From the human T2T-CHM13v2.0 reference genome, Homo sapiens: a DNA stretch of 64,000 nucleotides. The DNA lies in assembly GCF_009914755.1 (NCBI RefSeq), contig NC_060937.1; one strand, given 5' to 3'. A program made the translations under genes and the position numbers. Positions 46,706 to 61,860 of this stretch are shown piece after piece. Numbering within the stretch: the stretch's first letter is position 1; every line of letters starts with the position of its first letter. Below the pieces are notes generated by a model, which was not told where the DNA came from, ran no database searches, and saw only the letters and a list, made by a program, of their open reading frames with translations.

Positions 46706-48015
46706 CTAGAACTCAGAGATCAGACAAACACATTAGGGTTAAAAACAAACACCCTCATCCCCAGCATTTATCTCTATGCAATGTCTACAAATAAAGCAGG
46801 TGACCACGATCTCAAACATCTAAGAAAAATGTGGCAATAATTATTTCCATTTCTAAAATAACTTTTCAAATTGAAGGGGTAAAACCAGTTACATCAAGCT
46901 TTAAAAATTCAGAATGAAATGAGGTCAAAGAACAAAGCCAACATGTCCTGCACCATGAAGGTGAGTGTGGATGATAAGGGAGGCAGAGAGAGCAGGGGAG
47001 AGACTGGCAGCCAGTGAGCAAGCACCGCCAGAGACCCTCCCAACCTGTCCTTCATAAAGGAATAGCAGGGGCCTGTGTGTGCTGCCCATTGTATATGATG
47101 ACACTGAGTGCACAGTCTTCCGTGAGGGCACTTTTTTTTTGTGGGGACCCTCCACCTTCCTGGATCTATACTTCACCCATCTTCACCAATTCCCAAAGAG
47201 AAATTCTGCCAAGCCATTCTAGAAACTGTAAGGCTCCATGTTCAGCATCCAGGGAAACTATGTTAATGGAAAAAGACCATATTAATGTGGATTAGTAACA
47301 CAGCAGGACTCAATTAAGTTAGACAGAATTCAGAGGATGTGATTTCCTAGTTTAAGCCCAGAGTAACTGCCTCTTCAATTTAATTACAAAATCTAAGAAA
47401 GGGCAATTCTGGGAAAGCCTAGTAGCCCCTGATTTGAGCATTAGGCATTTTCCTTCACAGCAATGACAAGACTGCTCTCTAGAAATGAGTGCTCCTGTAC
47501 AGAGATCTGCCTGTTCCATGAGCAGCAGCTGCTTCAGACAAGGGGCTCCTCATAACACTGGGGCCACAGCCTTTCACATGGTGAACGAAACATGAAAACT
47601 GAAAAAATTATTGAGTGAGGAAAGTGTTTTTAGAAAATTCAGAAGGAGAAAAGTTACCTTTATTTGTTCATCATATTTAGTGGAGCAGCCAAATCCAAAT
47701 CTCACTAGGTCAATTACTAAGATACTAGGTCAAAACTTAATACAGGTCCTTTCCACCGAAACAGAATTCACAAACACAAGCAAATACAAAGAAAAGATAA
47801 ATCTAACTATGAATAAAATCCAGCTTGCTACAAAGTAGTTATCCAATTTTCTTTTCTGTTTTTTCCCTATAATTTAAAATTGACCCACCTGATAGAAACT
47901 TGGGGTTAGTGACTGGAGTCTAGTGAATCAGCTGGGCTAAGCAACAGTCAAGGTGTGGGAACGAATAGTTGGGAAATCTGATCTCTTGTCTTGGCTCGCT
48001 ACTCATCACAGTGTT

Positions 48016-49800
48016 TACCCCCCAAAAAAGAATAAAATATTTAGGAATTAATTTGACCAAGGAGGTGAAAGACTTGTATAATGAACACTATAAGGAAGAC
48101 ATGAGTAAATGGAGACATAACCCACGTTCACGGATTGGAAGACAATACGGTTACGATGTCAATACTATCCAAAGCAATCTACAGATTTACACAATTCCCA
48201 TCAAAATCACAATGAGTTTTTGCAGAAATAGAAATATCTTTTCTAAAATTCATAAGGGATCTCGAGGAACCCCAAATAACCACAACGATCTTGCAAAAAA
48301 AAAACAAAGTTGGAAGATTCACACTTCCTGATTTCAAAACTTAATACAGAGTTATAATAATCAAAACAGTGTGATACTGGCATAAAGACAGACATATAGA
48401 CCAATGAAATAGAACAGAAAGCCCAGAAATGTATACTTACATATATGGTCAAATGACTCTCAACAAGAACGCCAAGACCATATAATAGGGAAAAAGTCAT
48501 TTGTCAACATATGGCATTGGGAAAACTAAATATCAACATGAAAAAGAATAAAATTGGATCTTTACCTAATACCACATACAAAGTTAAAATGGATCAAAGA
48601 CTTAAATGTAAAACCTATAAGTATGAAACTCCTAGAAGAAAAGATAAGGCAAAAACTTCACAACATTGCATTTGGCAATGATTTCTTGAATATGACACCA
48701 AAAACACAGGCAACAAAATTTTTAAAATAGACAAACTGGACTTCACGAAAATTACAAATTTTGTGCATCTAAATACATTATCAACAAAGTAAAAATGCAA
48801 CCCACAGAATGGGAGAAAATATTTGCAAATAAAGTGATTAATATCCAGAATATATAAAGAACTTCTAAAACTCAACAACAAACAACAATTTAATACAAAA
48901 ATAAGCAAAAGTCTTAAAGGAACATTTCTTCAGAGAAGATAGAAAGTGGCCAATAAGCACGAGAAGATACTCATTATCACTAGTCATTAGGGAAATGTAA
49001 ATCAAAACTGCATTGAGATACCACTCCACACCCATTAGGATGGCATCTATAAAATAAAATAAAAATAGAAAATAACAAGTGTTGGCAAGGATGTGGAGAA
49101 ACTGGAAGGCTTCTGCATGGTTAGTGGGAATGTAAAATGGTACAGCTACTGTAGAAAACAGTACGTTGTTTCCTGAACAAATTAAAAATAGAATTAGCAT
49201 GTGATCCAGCAATTGCACTTCTCAGTATATACTCAAAAGAATTGAAGACAGGGTCTTCTAGAGATTATTTGTACACCCTCATTTATAGCTGTATTAACTC
49301 CCAATATCTAAAATGTGGAAGCAATCCAAGCGTCCATGGACAGATGAATAGATAAGCAAAATGTGGTCTACACAGACAATGGACTGTCCGTCCTAAAAAG
49401 AAAGAAAACCCCATCACATCTACAACATGGATGAAACTTGAGGACATTGTGCTGAGTAAAAGAAGCCAATCACTAAAAACAAATGCTTTATGATTCCATT
49501 TATATTAGATACTTAAAACATTAGTCAAAATCAGAGACAGAAAGTAGAATGGTGGTTACCAGGGGCTGGGGGAGAAGGGAATGGAAAGTTATTGTTTAAC
49601 GATGGAAAGTTATTGTTTAACGATGGAAAGTTATTGTTTAACGGGTACAGAGTTTCAGTTTTGCAAAATGAAAAGAAATATGGAGATAGATGGTGGTGAT
49701 GGCTTTGCAACATTATACATGTATTTATTGCCACTGAATGGTAAACTAAAAATGGCTAAGATAATACATTTTATGCTATATCTATTTTTACCACAATTAA
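48016..49800 (+). mobile_element. L1MB-type 3' portion (ORF2 end and 3'UTR)
   Basis: [18 protein letters not shown] peptide and an L1M 3'UTR. Confidence 0.85.
49581..49643. repeat. Perfect 21-bp tandem triplication
   Basis: atggaaagttattgtttaacg x3. Confidence 0.95.
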
Positions 49801-50887
49801 AAATTGTGGTGGTGGGGGGGAAAGGTCCTGGGTACACAGTCTTCACTCTTCTAACAGGAAAAAAAAAAAACAAAAAACAAAAACAAAACTCCTGTTTGTT
49901 GAATATTTTTCTCCTCTGATTATATTTTTTCGCAGAAAATGAGAACATATACTTTTACTTTCCAAAATAACTAACACCATGTCACTCATTTCCATAAGCC
50001 CCTTACAATTTTTAACCAGAATACAGTATCTTCTCTCCACCTAAGATGCCAAGTTGCTCTGCTCTTTTATAATTAATCACTTAAAATTTACAGGAAATGC
50101 TTAAGCTTGCTTACTAAACTCTGAGAGCCAAGCTTCTATGCAATGTTTGTATCTGGTAGCTAATTCCACTCGCATTAGCAAGGAAGCTTTTGGTGATGAC
50201 CTATCAAGACTTGCTTTAAATGGTGTTTTTTGTTTTGTTTTGTTTTTGGTGGGGGACAAAGCCTTGAAACAAAGATAAACAGTATATTCTCCACATCTAA
50301 GTTTAACACCTGAACAGAGATGACCTCACACTTAACACTTTGCAGTAGTTGGGTTTAAATCTGAAAGTAGTCTGTTGCTAAAAGGGTAATATTTCCCACT
50401 TTAATGTGCTTTGATTTACTCTTCTACTGCATTTCAGACAAAACTCTTAGTAGATGATGTTTATCGAGGGAGAGGAAGATAAGCAGGGGTTTACCTTGCT
50501 TGCTGTCTACTCTATTAGGAATATCATTAGTTTCCATTAAGTTTGATTCTCTCAGCTACAGCCTAGGACTGAATTTAGCACTTTGGGAAATTAAATTTAC
50601 TCTTGCAAGCAACTGAGGCACTATTTAGTCAATTACTAATCCAAAGCAATAATGTTAGCTCATAATAGTTTCCAAAATTCATCAGAACAATGAAGTTCTA
50701 CCCAAGTTGAAATCTGCACAGATACACCTCTCATTTATCACCACAGGTGTCCCCTTATTCCCATCGTCATCCTGTGATAGCTTGTATTCTAAACTAAGAG
50801 AGAAACAACCTCGAAATCTAACATCTACTAAATTCTGAACACTTAATCATAACCTGACACATAGAAAGCTCAGAAAACAAAATGTCA

Positions 50888-51280
50888 GGCCAGGTGCGGT
50901 GGTTCATGCCTGTAATCCTAGCACTTTGGGAGGCCAAGGCAGGTGGATCACTAGGTTGGTACAAGACCAACCTAGCCAACATGGTGAAGGCTTGTCTATA
51001 CTAAAAATACAAAAATTAGCCAGGCATGGTGAGGTGCACCTGTAACCTCAACCACTCAGGAGGCTGAAGCAGGAGAATCACTTAAAACCAGGAGGTGGAG
51101 GCTGCAGTGAACTGAAATTATGCCACTGAACTCCAGCCTGGGCGACGCAGACTCCATCTCAAAAGAAAAGAAAACAGAAAAGGAGGGGAGGAAAGGAGAG
51201 GGCAGGGAGGGGGAGGGAGGAAGGAAAGAGAGGAGAGGAGGGGAGGGGAGGGGAATAAAGGAGAAGAGAAGAAAAGAAAG
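50888..51280 (+). mobile_element. AluS with a GA-rich tail
   Basis: ggccaggtgcggtggttcatgcctgtaatcc...gactccatctcaaaag followed by a (GGAGG)-rich tract. Confidence 0.9.
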
Positions 51281-51329
51281 TGTCAAATGAATTAGTACAA
51301 GTTACTGTCCCAGACACAGCAAAGGAGGA

Positions 51330-52440
51330 GGCTGGAGGCAAAGGCAGGAATGTTGGAGACAAAAAGCATTAAATTGGGTCTCTGCTCTCAAGGAGCTTGT
51401 AATCTGATTCAGATAACGAATCATACATGTAAAAATTAATTAATTTGTGCCACATTTTCTCTATAATCCTCCTCTAGTCCCAAAGAAGGAGAAGAGCCTC
51501 ACATGTTTAGAAAACAGAAAGAAAATCACTGAGCCTGGCTACAACATAGTGTGGAAGCCGAGGGTAGGAGATGGAGCCAATGAAGGGCCACAGATGGCAA
51601 GGAGCCTATTCATTCTGACAGTCAGAATCCCCGATAGGATTTAGGAGGCAAATGAAAGCTTGAAAAGTCACTGTAGTTGCCAGTGCAATAATGACAGGAA
51701 TGGGTGAAAGAGGAAGCAGAGACACCCTTGAGGAAGCTATTGCCTCACACCAGATTAAAAAAAAGCAAAAGGCAATCTGGTCTACAATAACAAAAATGGA
51801 GAAAGCCAATGCAAAGGTGATCTATGTTGGAGATGAAGCCCCGACTGCATTTTCAGATAAATCGGATGGTCAAAGTAAGGTAAATACATCAAGTTAAGGG
51901 TGTTCTGTAAATGTTTAGATGGTAACTTGTCACCTCTCTACTTGAACCCCAAATGGCACTTCAGAAAAATGGCACCCAGGAACTTCATTTGGACAAATCA
52001 ATTTTGAGATGCTTATTCACTCAAGTGGTGTTTTCAAGTAAGTAGCTGGACATATGAGTCAAAATTCAGTTCAGTGGTCAGGACTGGAATTAGTAGCATC
52101 CAGGAGATTTTCACAGCAATGGAACAATTTAAAGAATAAATGAAGATAGAGATGAAGTGAGATCTCAAGTCAAAGGCTGGGACACCCCAACCTTTCTGAT
52201 GCAGGCAGTTTAGGAGAAGCCTACAAAGAGGACTGAGGAGAAGAGGGCAGAGAAGTAGCAGGAAACCCTACTGGAAGCCAAGACTGAGAAGACTTTCAAG
52301 GAAGGAACTATGCCAGATGCTGCTAAGCTGCCACAGAAGAGGAAGAATAAAATGTCAGCTTTGGAAAGATTGAGGTTGTGGATAAATTTGACAAGAGTGG
52401 TTTCTATGCGGTGACAGAAACAGAAGCTACATGGCAATGT
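51330..52440 (+). mobile_element. Degenerate L2 fragments
   Basis: ctctcaaggagcttgtaatct, ttttgagatgcttatt, gctggacatatgagtc motifs. The strand is uncertain. Confidence 0.45.
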
Positions 52441-52684
52441 TTGTAATAGAATTTCAAATCCTACACCACAGCCTGCATGAAAGTGTGACATCCTCTCTCT
52501 CACGCAAATTTTTTTAAATCATCAATCCATTAGGGACTTATATTGAGACTATGTAAAAAACTCTTATGACTCAATAATAAAAATACAAACCCAATTTTAG
52601 AATGGGAAGAGGATCTAAACAGACATTACTCCAAAAAATATATGTAAATATGTAAATGACCAATATGCACATTGAAAGATAACA

Positions 52685-52977
52685 CAAACCTGTAATCCAA
52701 GCACTTTGGGAAGCCTAGGCAGGTGGATTGCTTGAGCCCAGGAGTTTGACACCAGCCTGGGCAATGTGAGGAAACCCCATCTCTACAAAAAAAAAAAAAT
52801 TCAAAAATTAGCCAGGTATGATGGCACACACCTGTAGTCCCAGCTACTCAAGACCTGAGGGAGGAGGATCACCTGAGCCGGGAAGATTGAGGTTGCACTG
52901 AGCCCAGATCGTGCCACTGGACTCTAACCTGAGTGACAGAGTAAGACTCTGTCTCAAAAAAAAAAAAAAAAAAAAAG
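52685..52977 (+). mobile_element. AluJ within old L1M fragments (~52510-53660)
   Basis: cctgtaatccaagcactttggg...gactctgtctc followed by poly(A). Confidence 0.85.
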
Positions 52978-54429
52978 TAAAAGCTAACACAAGTCACTAG
53001 AGAAATATAAAAAAAAACAAAAAAAAACCACTTCACACCTATTACAATGGCTAACATCAAGAAGACAGTAAGTTGGCAGCAATGTGGAAAATCTGAACCC
53101 TCATAATGTGCTGCTGGAATATACAATGGTACAGCCACTTGGGAAAACAACTGGTCAGTTTCTTAAAAGTTCAGTGTAAATGTACCCTATTCCTAGTAAT
53201 TATACTCCTAGGTATATATACAATGTATGAGATACTAAGGTATATGTCCAGACAAAAACTTGCTCAAGTATGGTCACTGTAGCATTATTCGTAACAGCAA
53301 AAAATGAAAACCACAGAATCATCAAGTGATGATCAAACAGGTGATATGTTCATAGAATACTTAATGCTCAGCAATAAAAAGGAGCTACTGATCCACGCAA
53401 CAAGCCCACTGAGCCTGAGGTGAATTATGCTCAGTGAAAAAAAACTAATTTCAATAGGAAATACACTATATATTCAATTTCTGTATCATAATTCAGAGAT
53501 AAGGGTAATAGAAGCATCCTAAAATTAGATTGTGATGATGGTTATGAAATCATTTTTAAAAATTTAAGACTGTAAATTTACTATCAGTGAATTAAATACT
53601 TCAGACAGGTGAATTTTATGGTGCATCAATTATACCTCAGTAAAGCTGCTAAAATTAATCTTTTCACAACGAGAAAACAAAGTTTAACAGAAAACAAAAC
53701 GTGTGTGTTCATGTACATATTATTTTCCCTTTTATCCCTACATTGTGAAGAGTATTCCAACGATATGGGTTATTTCCTTTCTAAAGTCTAAAAAAAAAAT
53801 TGGCTCCAAAGGGTACCACTCTTTATCATTTTTTCTCTTCAAATGAAATGGCTAAACTTCCCTAAAGGAAGGTGAAATCCTTCTCATTCTCCAAGGGCTC
53901 ATGTAAATGCCCTCTCCCTCATGAAATTCTTCCTGAACTATAAAGGAATCCAACCCCTAATGAACATTCGCAGCACTTTCTCTGAACCATTCTTACAGCA
54001 GGGATGTGAGGCTCTTGACATGGTCATTTTACAAACTTTTCTCCCTTCCATGAGACTCCGAGCCCTCCAAAGCCATAATGCTTATACACAGTTGTGCATC
54101 CCCTCCCCACCCAAAGCTGTGCCCAAAAATGCCAGGCCTATTCAGTGACATTAGGTCATTAATCCTACTCATGATGCTTGGAAGTGGGCGCAGATCTATG
54201 ATCTTACACAGAAAACAAGCAGCTGATCTGAAAACAAAAAAACAAGTCTCTACTTTTTCAGCTCAATCAACTTTTCTGAGATTATATAAATATCTAAGCA
54301 GCCCATAGGAAAATGTCTTACATCATATTCTCAAAGAAAATAAAAGAGAAACCATTAAAGTGTATTAAAATCTAGCAAAACGGGATTAGGAAGCCAGCCA
54401 GCTATCAAGGAAACAAAGCAATCACTAAC

Positions 54430-54458
54430 CTAGATGCTTCTTTGGCTCTAAGAAAGAT
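54430..54458 (-). pseudogene. GTF2I: GTF2I-derived exon 6 (29 bp)
   Basis: ttgcag|ATCTTTCTTAGAGCCAAAGAAGCATCTAG|gttagt translates as SFLEPKKHL. Confidence 0.9.
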
Positions 54459-54628
54459 CTGCAATAAAACAAAACTAATAAAACTATACATGAATACATA
54501 AAATTAATGACAGCATAAATTTAAATGAATTGTGTTAACCAAGAATTTTTAAAACATATTAACATAAGCTGAATATTCAAATTTATATGAATAAACCATT
54601 GATGGGCACGAACGGAGAAAGCACCTCA

Positions 54629-54856
<228 letters not shown>

Positions 54857-55224
54857 CTAAAGAACAAAATCACCACCACCTTATTGTGGCTTAATAAAGG
54901 CATACGTGATCTTTTGTAATATGTGGTTTTAAAATTACTTAATACTACAGCATCTTATTCACATATAAGAAGTTCTAAACCTGACACCGATCCAAAGGGC
55001 CAAAATGAAAAGTATATTAAATACATGACTTTAAAAACTACACAAAAGGACAGGGAAATGTCTGATTTCTTGCATTATTGTCTTTCAGATGGTCCTACCC
55101 TGACGTATTTCTTGGGTTCCTTCTAAATGGAAGTGGAAAGTAAGGTTATTCTTCATCCATTCAGCTTGTGAAAATGTGTGTTATAATGCTGTTAAATCAA
55201 TGGCATAACATTGTCTACCCTTTA

Positions 55225-55449
<225 letters not shown>

Positions 55450-55526
55450 TTAATATTTATTTGGCTTTTAGTAAAAATAGTTTTTCCTGTATCCCAATAT
55501 TTGTGATTTGTTATACAAACAAAAGT

Positions 55527-55826
55527 AGGTCAAGTGAGGTGGCTGACACTTATAATCCCACCACTTTGGGAGGCTGAGGCAGAATTGCTTGAGCCCAGGA
55601 TTTCAAGACCAGCTTGAGCAACACAGAATCAACCCATCCCTACAAAAAAAAAGGTAAATAAAATTAGGTGTGGTGGTGCGTATCTGTAGTCCTAGCTACT
55701 CTGGAGGCTGAAGCAAGAGGATTGCTTGAGTCCAGGAATTTAAGGTTACGATGAGCTATAATTATACTACTACACTCCAGTCTGGGTCACAGAAAGTGAC
55801 CCTGTCTCTTAAAAAAAAAAAAAAAG
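55527..55826 (+). mobile_element. AluJ
   Basis: ggtggctgacacttataatccca...ccctgtctcttaaaaaaa. Confidence 0.85.
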
Positions 55827-57287
55827 TGGGGGAAGAATTTTTAAAGGGAGCTTTTAAAATAAAAACCTAAAATAAGATTAATTTATTGGCTATAAACTTA
55901 AATATGGGAAGATTATTATCAGGAAACAAATTCTAGCCTTACAAAGTCCAGCACAATAACAACTAGGCATACGTGACACTTGAAATGTGGCCAGTTCAAA
56001 TTCAGATGTTCTGTAGGTGAACAATACACATTGACTTTTGAAAACTCAGCACAAAAAGTATTCCAAATACCCCATTAATAATTTCTACATTGATTACACA
56101 TTGAAATATTTTAAAGTATTGCCACTAAAATGATTTTCACTTGTTTCCCTGTATTTTTTACTGCTATAACTAGAAAGTTTTAAATCATGTGAATGACTCG
56201 CATTGTATTTAGTTCTATTTAATAGCACTTCACTAAATCCCAGAAAAGGGCTCAGAATTCTCCTGAAGAACTTCTACAACTTCCTCATGAACCTATTGAT
56301 TATGTTTCAGAAGAACACTATTGCAAACAAATAAAAGGTACTTGAGAATTAGGTACAAAAACCATTCTCCATGGTATCAAATTAGTAGCAATGTAAACAA
56401 ACTACAAATACCAATAGGCAAGGACTACAACTTGCCACTGAGGACAACTCCCCTAATGCTTAGTTCGAATCACTGGAGAACCAAGTAAGCCATGGAACAC
56501 AGGAAGGGGAGAATAAACATAGCTGCCCGCGAGATTGTGGTATTTGTCGGTCAGAGGGGAGGTGATACACACACAATCAAAACAGCATTATTAGTATAAA
56601 GAAACATACAATCAAGGACTTAATATTTCTCAAAATTATAATATTGGCAAAATTTTAAAAATAGGTTACTACCATAAAGCTTGGAAGATTATAACACCGG
56701 TGGTGAGGGGAGGGATACAGTGGCGAGGATAGTTTTTTTAAGAAACTAGAAATACTACTTGGAATAGGAATTAGTGAATTAGCAAAATTTTTAATTCACT
56801 AGTAATCTGCTCAATTTATGATGAATTAAATCTAACCTGACAACAGAAATTTAAGTTTAAACCTTAGTGGCATACAGACATCTGTGGGAGATACTGTAGG
56901 TTCAATTCCAGGCCACCACAATCATGGAAGCATAAAGTGAAGTTACACAAATATCGTCCTTTCCCAATGCTTTTAAAAGTTATGTTGAATCTTTCTTTCA
57001 CAAAAGATATCTGGGAGGTATGATGCCATTGGACAGCATTTTACACACAGTGGAACTTCTTTCCAAATCGGAATCAATCCTCTGAAAGCCTGCCATTGCT
57101 TTATGAAGTAAATTTATGGAATATTCTAAACCTTTTGTCATTTCAACAATATTCACGACATCTTCACCAGGAGTAGATTCCATTTCAGAGACCCCTTTCT
57201 TCGCTTATTGTAAGAAGCAACTCCTTATCCGTTCACGTTTGATCATGAAATTCCAGCAGTTCAGTCCCATCTGCAGGCTCCACTTCT

Positions 57288-57640
<353 letters not shown>

Positions 57641-57848
57641 CAGCAGGCTCCACTTCTAATTCTAGTTCACTTGCTATTTCCACTACATCTGCAGTTCATT
57701 CCTCCACTAAAATCTTGAACCCCTTAAAGTTACCTATGAGAAATGTAATCAACTTCTTCCACAGTCCTGTAAATATTTTGTTCTCTTCCCATAAATCACA
57801 AATGTTAATGGCACCTACAACAGTAAATCTTTTCCAGAAGGTTTTTAA

Positions 57849-58222
<374 letters not shown>

Positions 58223-58240
58223 TAAAGAATAAAACTTGAA

Positions 58241-58540
58241 GGCTGAGTGCAGTGGCTCACACCTGTAATCCCAAGCACTGAAGAAGACCGAGGTGGGCAG
58301 ATTGCTTGAGCCCAGAACTTTGAAACCGGCCTAGGCAACATGGAAACAAAACACCTCTATAAAAAACCCCACAAAAATTAGCCGGGCATGCTGGTACACC
58401 ACCTGTGGTCCCAGCTATTCAGCAGGCTGAAGTGGGAGGATCACCTGAGCCTAAGAAGACTGAGGCTGCAGTGAGCTGTGATTGTGCCATCACACTCAAA
58501 CCTGAGCAACAGTGAGATGACCTTCTCAAAAAAGAAAAAA
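58241..58540 (+). mobile_element. AluJ
   Basis: ggctgagtgcagtggctcacacctgtaatccc...tctcaaaaaag. Confidence 0.85.
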
Positions 58541-60456
58541 ATAATAATCATAAGACTTGAAATTACTCCTAGATCCATGGGCTGCAGAATGGATGTTGCA
58601 TTAGCAGGCATGAAAAGAACATTCATCTCCTTGGGCACCTCCATCAGGGCTCTCAGAGGGACTGGGTGCAGTGTTAATGAGCAGTAATATTTTGAATGGA
58701 ACTTTTTTTTCTGGGCAGTCGGTCTCAAAAGTAGGCTTAAAATATTCAGTGAACAATGCTATAAAGAGATGTGCTGTGATCCAGGCTTTATTGTTCCATT
58801 GATAAGAGCACATGCAGAGCAGATTTAGCATACCTCTTAAGGGCCCTAGAATTTTTGGAATGGTAAATGAGCACTGGCTTCAGTTAAAGTCATCAGCTGC
58901 CTTAGCCCCTAACAAGAGTCTCAGTCTGTCCTTTGAAGCCAGTAATGGAATTCTCTGTAGCTAGCAAAGTCCTAGATGGCATTTTCCAATATAAGGCTGT
59001 TTTGTCTACATTAAAAATCTGTTTTTTGAACGTAGCCATCTTCATGAATTATCTCAGCGAGATCTTCTGAAGAACTCGCAGTTCTTACATCAACCATTTG
59101 CTGCTTCACCTTGCACTTTTGTATTATACAGACTGTGTCTTTCTTTGAACCTCATGAGCCAACCTCTGCTATCTTTCAACTTTTCTTTTGCAGCTTACTC
59201 ACCTCCTCTCGGCCATCACAGAATTGAAGAGAGTTAGGGCCTTGTTGTGGATTAAGCTTTGATTTACAGGAATGTTGTGGCTGGTTTGATCTTCTATCCA
59301 GACCACTCAAAGTTTCTCCATATCAGCAATAAGGCTGTTTTGCTTTTTTATCATTTGTGGGTTCACTGGAGCAGCACTTCTCATTTCCTTCGATAACTTT
59401 TCCTGTGCATTCACCACCTGGCAAACTGTTTGGCCTAGCTTTCAGCTGCCAACATGTCTTCCTCACTAAGTTTCATCATTTTTAACTTTTGATTTAAAGT
59501 GAGCAGGCTGCAACTCTTTCTTTTACATGAACACTTAGAGGCCACTGTAGGACTATTAACTGGCCTCATTTCACTATTATGTCTCAGGGACTAGGGAGGC
59601 CTTAGGAGAGGAAGCGATGGGAAACCACCTGATTGGTGGATCAGTCAGAGCACACAGCATTTCCCAATAAGGTTTGCCATCTTATACTGGTGCGTTCATG
59701 GAGTTCAAAACAATTACAGCAGTAACATCAAAGCTCACTGATCTCAGGTCACCACAGCACATACAACAATCATGAAAAAGTTTGAAATATTCTAAGAGTA
59801 ATCAAATGTGACACAGAGAACCAAAGAGAGCACATGCTGTTGGAAAAATGGCACAACAGACTTGCCTGACACAAGATTGCCACAAATCTTCAATTTGTAA
59901 AAACTGCAGTATCTGCAGGGTTCAAAAAAAAAGAGTTATGCCTGTATGTATTCTGTGCCTATAGATGCCCTGCCTTTTTTTGTTCCCTTTCAGTGTTTCA
60001 CTCAGTTAACATGAAACCTATCGATAGTGTTAGGTTACGCACAGATATGAAAATTGCCATACTGTGAAAGGCCATACGTATTAACGTCCTATAGTAAATT
60101 TTAATACTGTGTTCCAATGTCAAATAACCTCACTACTCTAAATGAGGATTGCAAAACCCACTGAAGATTCAGATAAGCTGATTCCACTGAGCAAGTTGAG
60201 AACTGTTTAATTCTGCATCATGCTTAAACAAACTCCTTTCTTGTTTTCAGTTCAACATCTTTATCTAGAACTCCTTATCTGAGTAAGAACTTTTCATCTA
60301 TTCAAAATTTCTCTCCATTACCTTATCTCTAATGTGTCTCATTAATCCAGAGTGAAGCCAAGCAAGGAGCTCCGTACAATAAACACTTGCCATTTTTCTT
60401 AACTCTTCGGTATCTATCCCAACATGTTATCACTTCGGTGATTCCTTTTGAACATT

Positions 60457-60786
<330 letters not shown>

Positions 60787-60837
60787 TGAACATTTCAAAA
60801 TGTCTTCATAAACATTTCAGAAAATCATTCGTAGTTT

Positions 60838-61135
60838 AGGCCATGCACAGTGGCTCACACCTGTAATCCTAGCACTTTGGGAGGCCGAGGTGAGTGGATC
60901 ATTTGAAGTCAGGAGTTCAACACCAGCTTGACCAACATGGTGAAACCCCAGCTCTACTAAAAAATACAAAAAAAAAAAAATTAGCTAGGTGTGGTGCCAC
61001 GTGCCTGTAATCCCAGATACTCAAGAGGCTGAGGCAGGGGATTTGCTTGAACTCGGGAAGCAGAGGTTGCAGTGAGCCAAGACCTCACCACTGCACTCTA
61101 GCCTAGACAACAGAATGAGACTCCAACTCAAAAAT
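60838..61135 (+). mobile_element. AluS
   Basis: ggccatgcacagtggctcacacctgtaatcc...gagactccaactcaaaa. Confidence 0.9.
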
Positions 61136-61251
61136 GAAAATTTTTTTTATACTTTAAACCTCATTCTGCTTTAGAAGAAAATATGACTAGTTTTATCTAT
61201 AAATATTTAGGTTTAAAATCAATGAAATAAAAATGATAATATGATGCTTAC

Positions 61252-61394
61252 AATATTTTACAAAATCTGTTTGAAAATCCTTTCTGGTACTGAAAAAATT
61301 GTGTCCTCTGTCCTTCAGTTCTAAAGGCAAAGAGATCTGCTTTATACTCTGTGATGCAGGCCACTTTGGCCTTAAACTTGGCCAGTTCTTTAAA
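61252..61394 (-). pseudogene. GTF2I: GTF2I-derived exon 3 (143 bp, includes a 4-nt insertion)
   Basis: tag|FKELAKFKAKVACITEYKADLFAFRTE +GGAC+ RGHNFFSTRKDFQTDFVKY|gtaagc. Confidence 0.9.
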
Positions 61395-61479
61395 CTATAA
61401 TAAGAACAGCAAATATTATGTTAAAGGCAGACATTTAAAAGCACCATTTCTGCTAGATGAATTAAAAAATCTAACACAA

Positions 61480-61860
<381 letters not shown>

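Larger units (their letters stand above)
43958..47765 (-). pseudogene. USP24: Unprocessed partial USP24 pseudogene (5 consecutive exons, C-terminal half of the catalytic domain)
   Basis: Exons: 47765-47658 VERTCIKF*PSILVIDLVRFGF..KYDEQIK; 47257-~47042 FPWMLNMEPY..YSFMKDR; 46705-46581 GCGKGKWYKVDDTMTEEFNLNNEILECECFGEEYRPKIYDQ; 45749-45613 ..PKKTRVSFVQQKAEDFSL; 44105-43958 SAPSSPAILCQSSPRSHGPNN..LTKLILKGKKKG. Stops and frameshifts present. Confidence 0.9.

Noticed and set aside
50100-50160. Possible additional USP24 exon (YEREEAFMAL-like)
   Set aside because: Only a short patchy resemblance, and the rest of the expected exon is absent.
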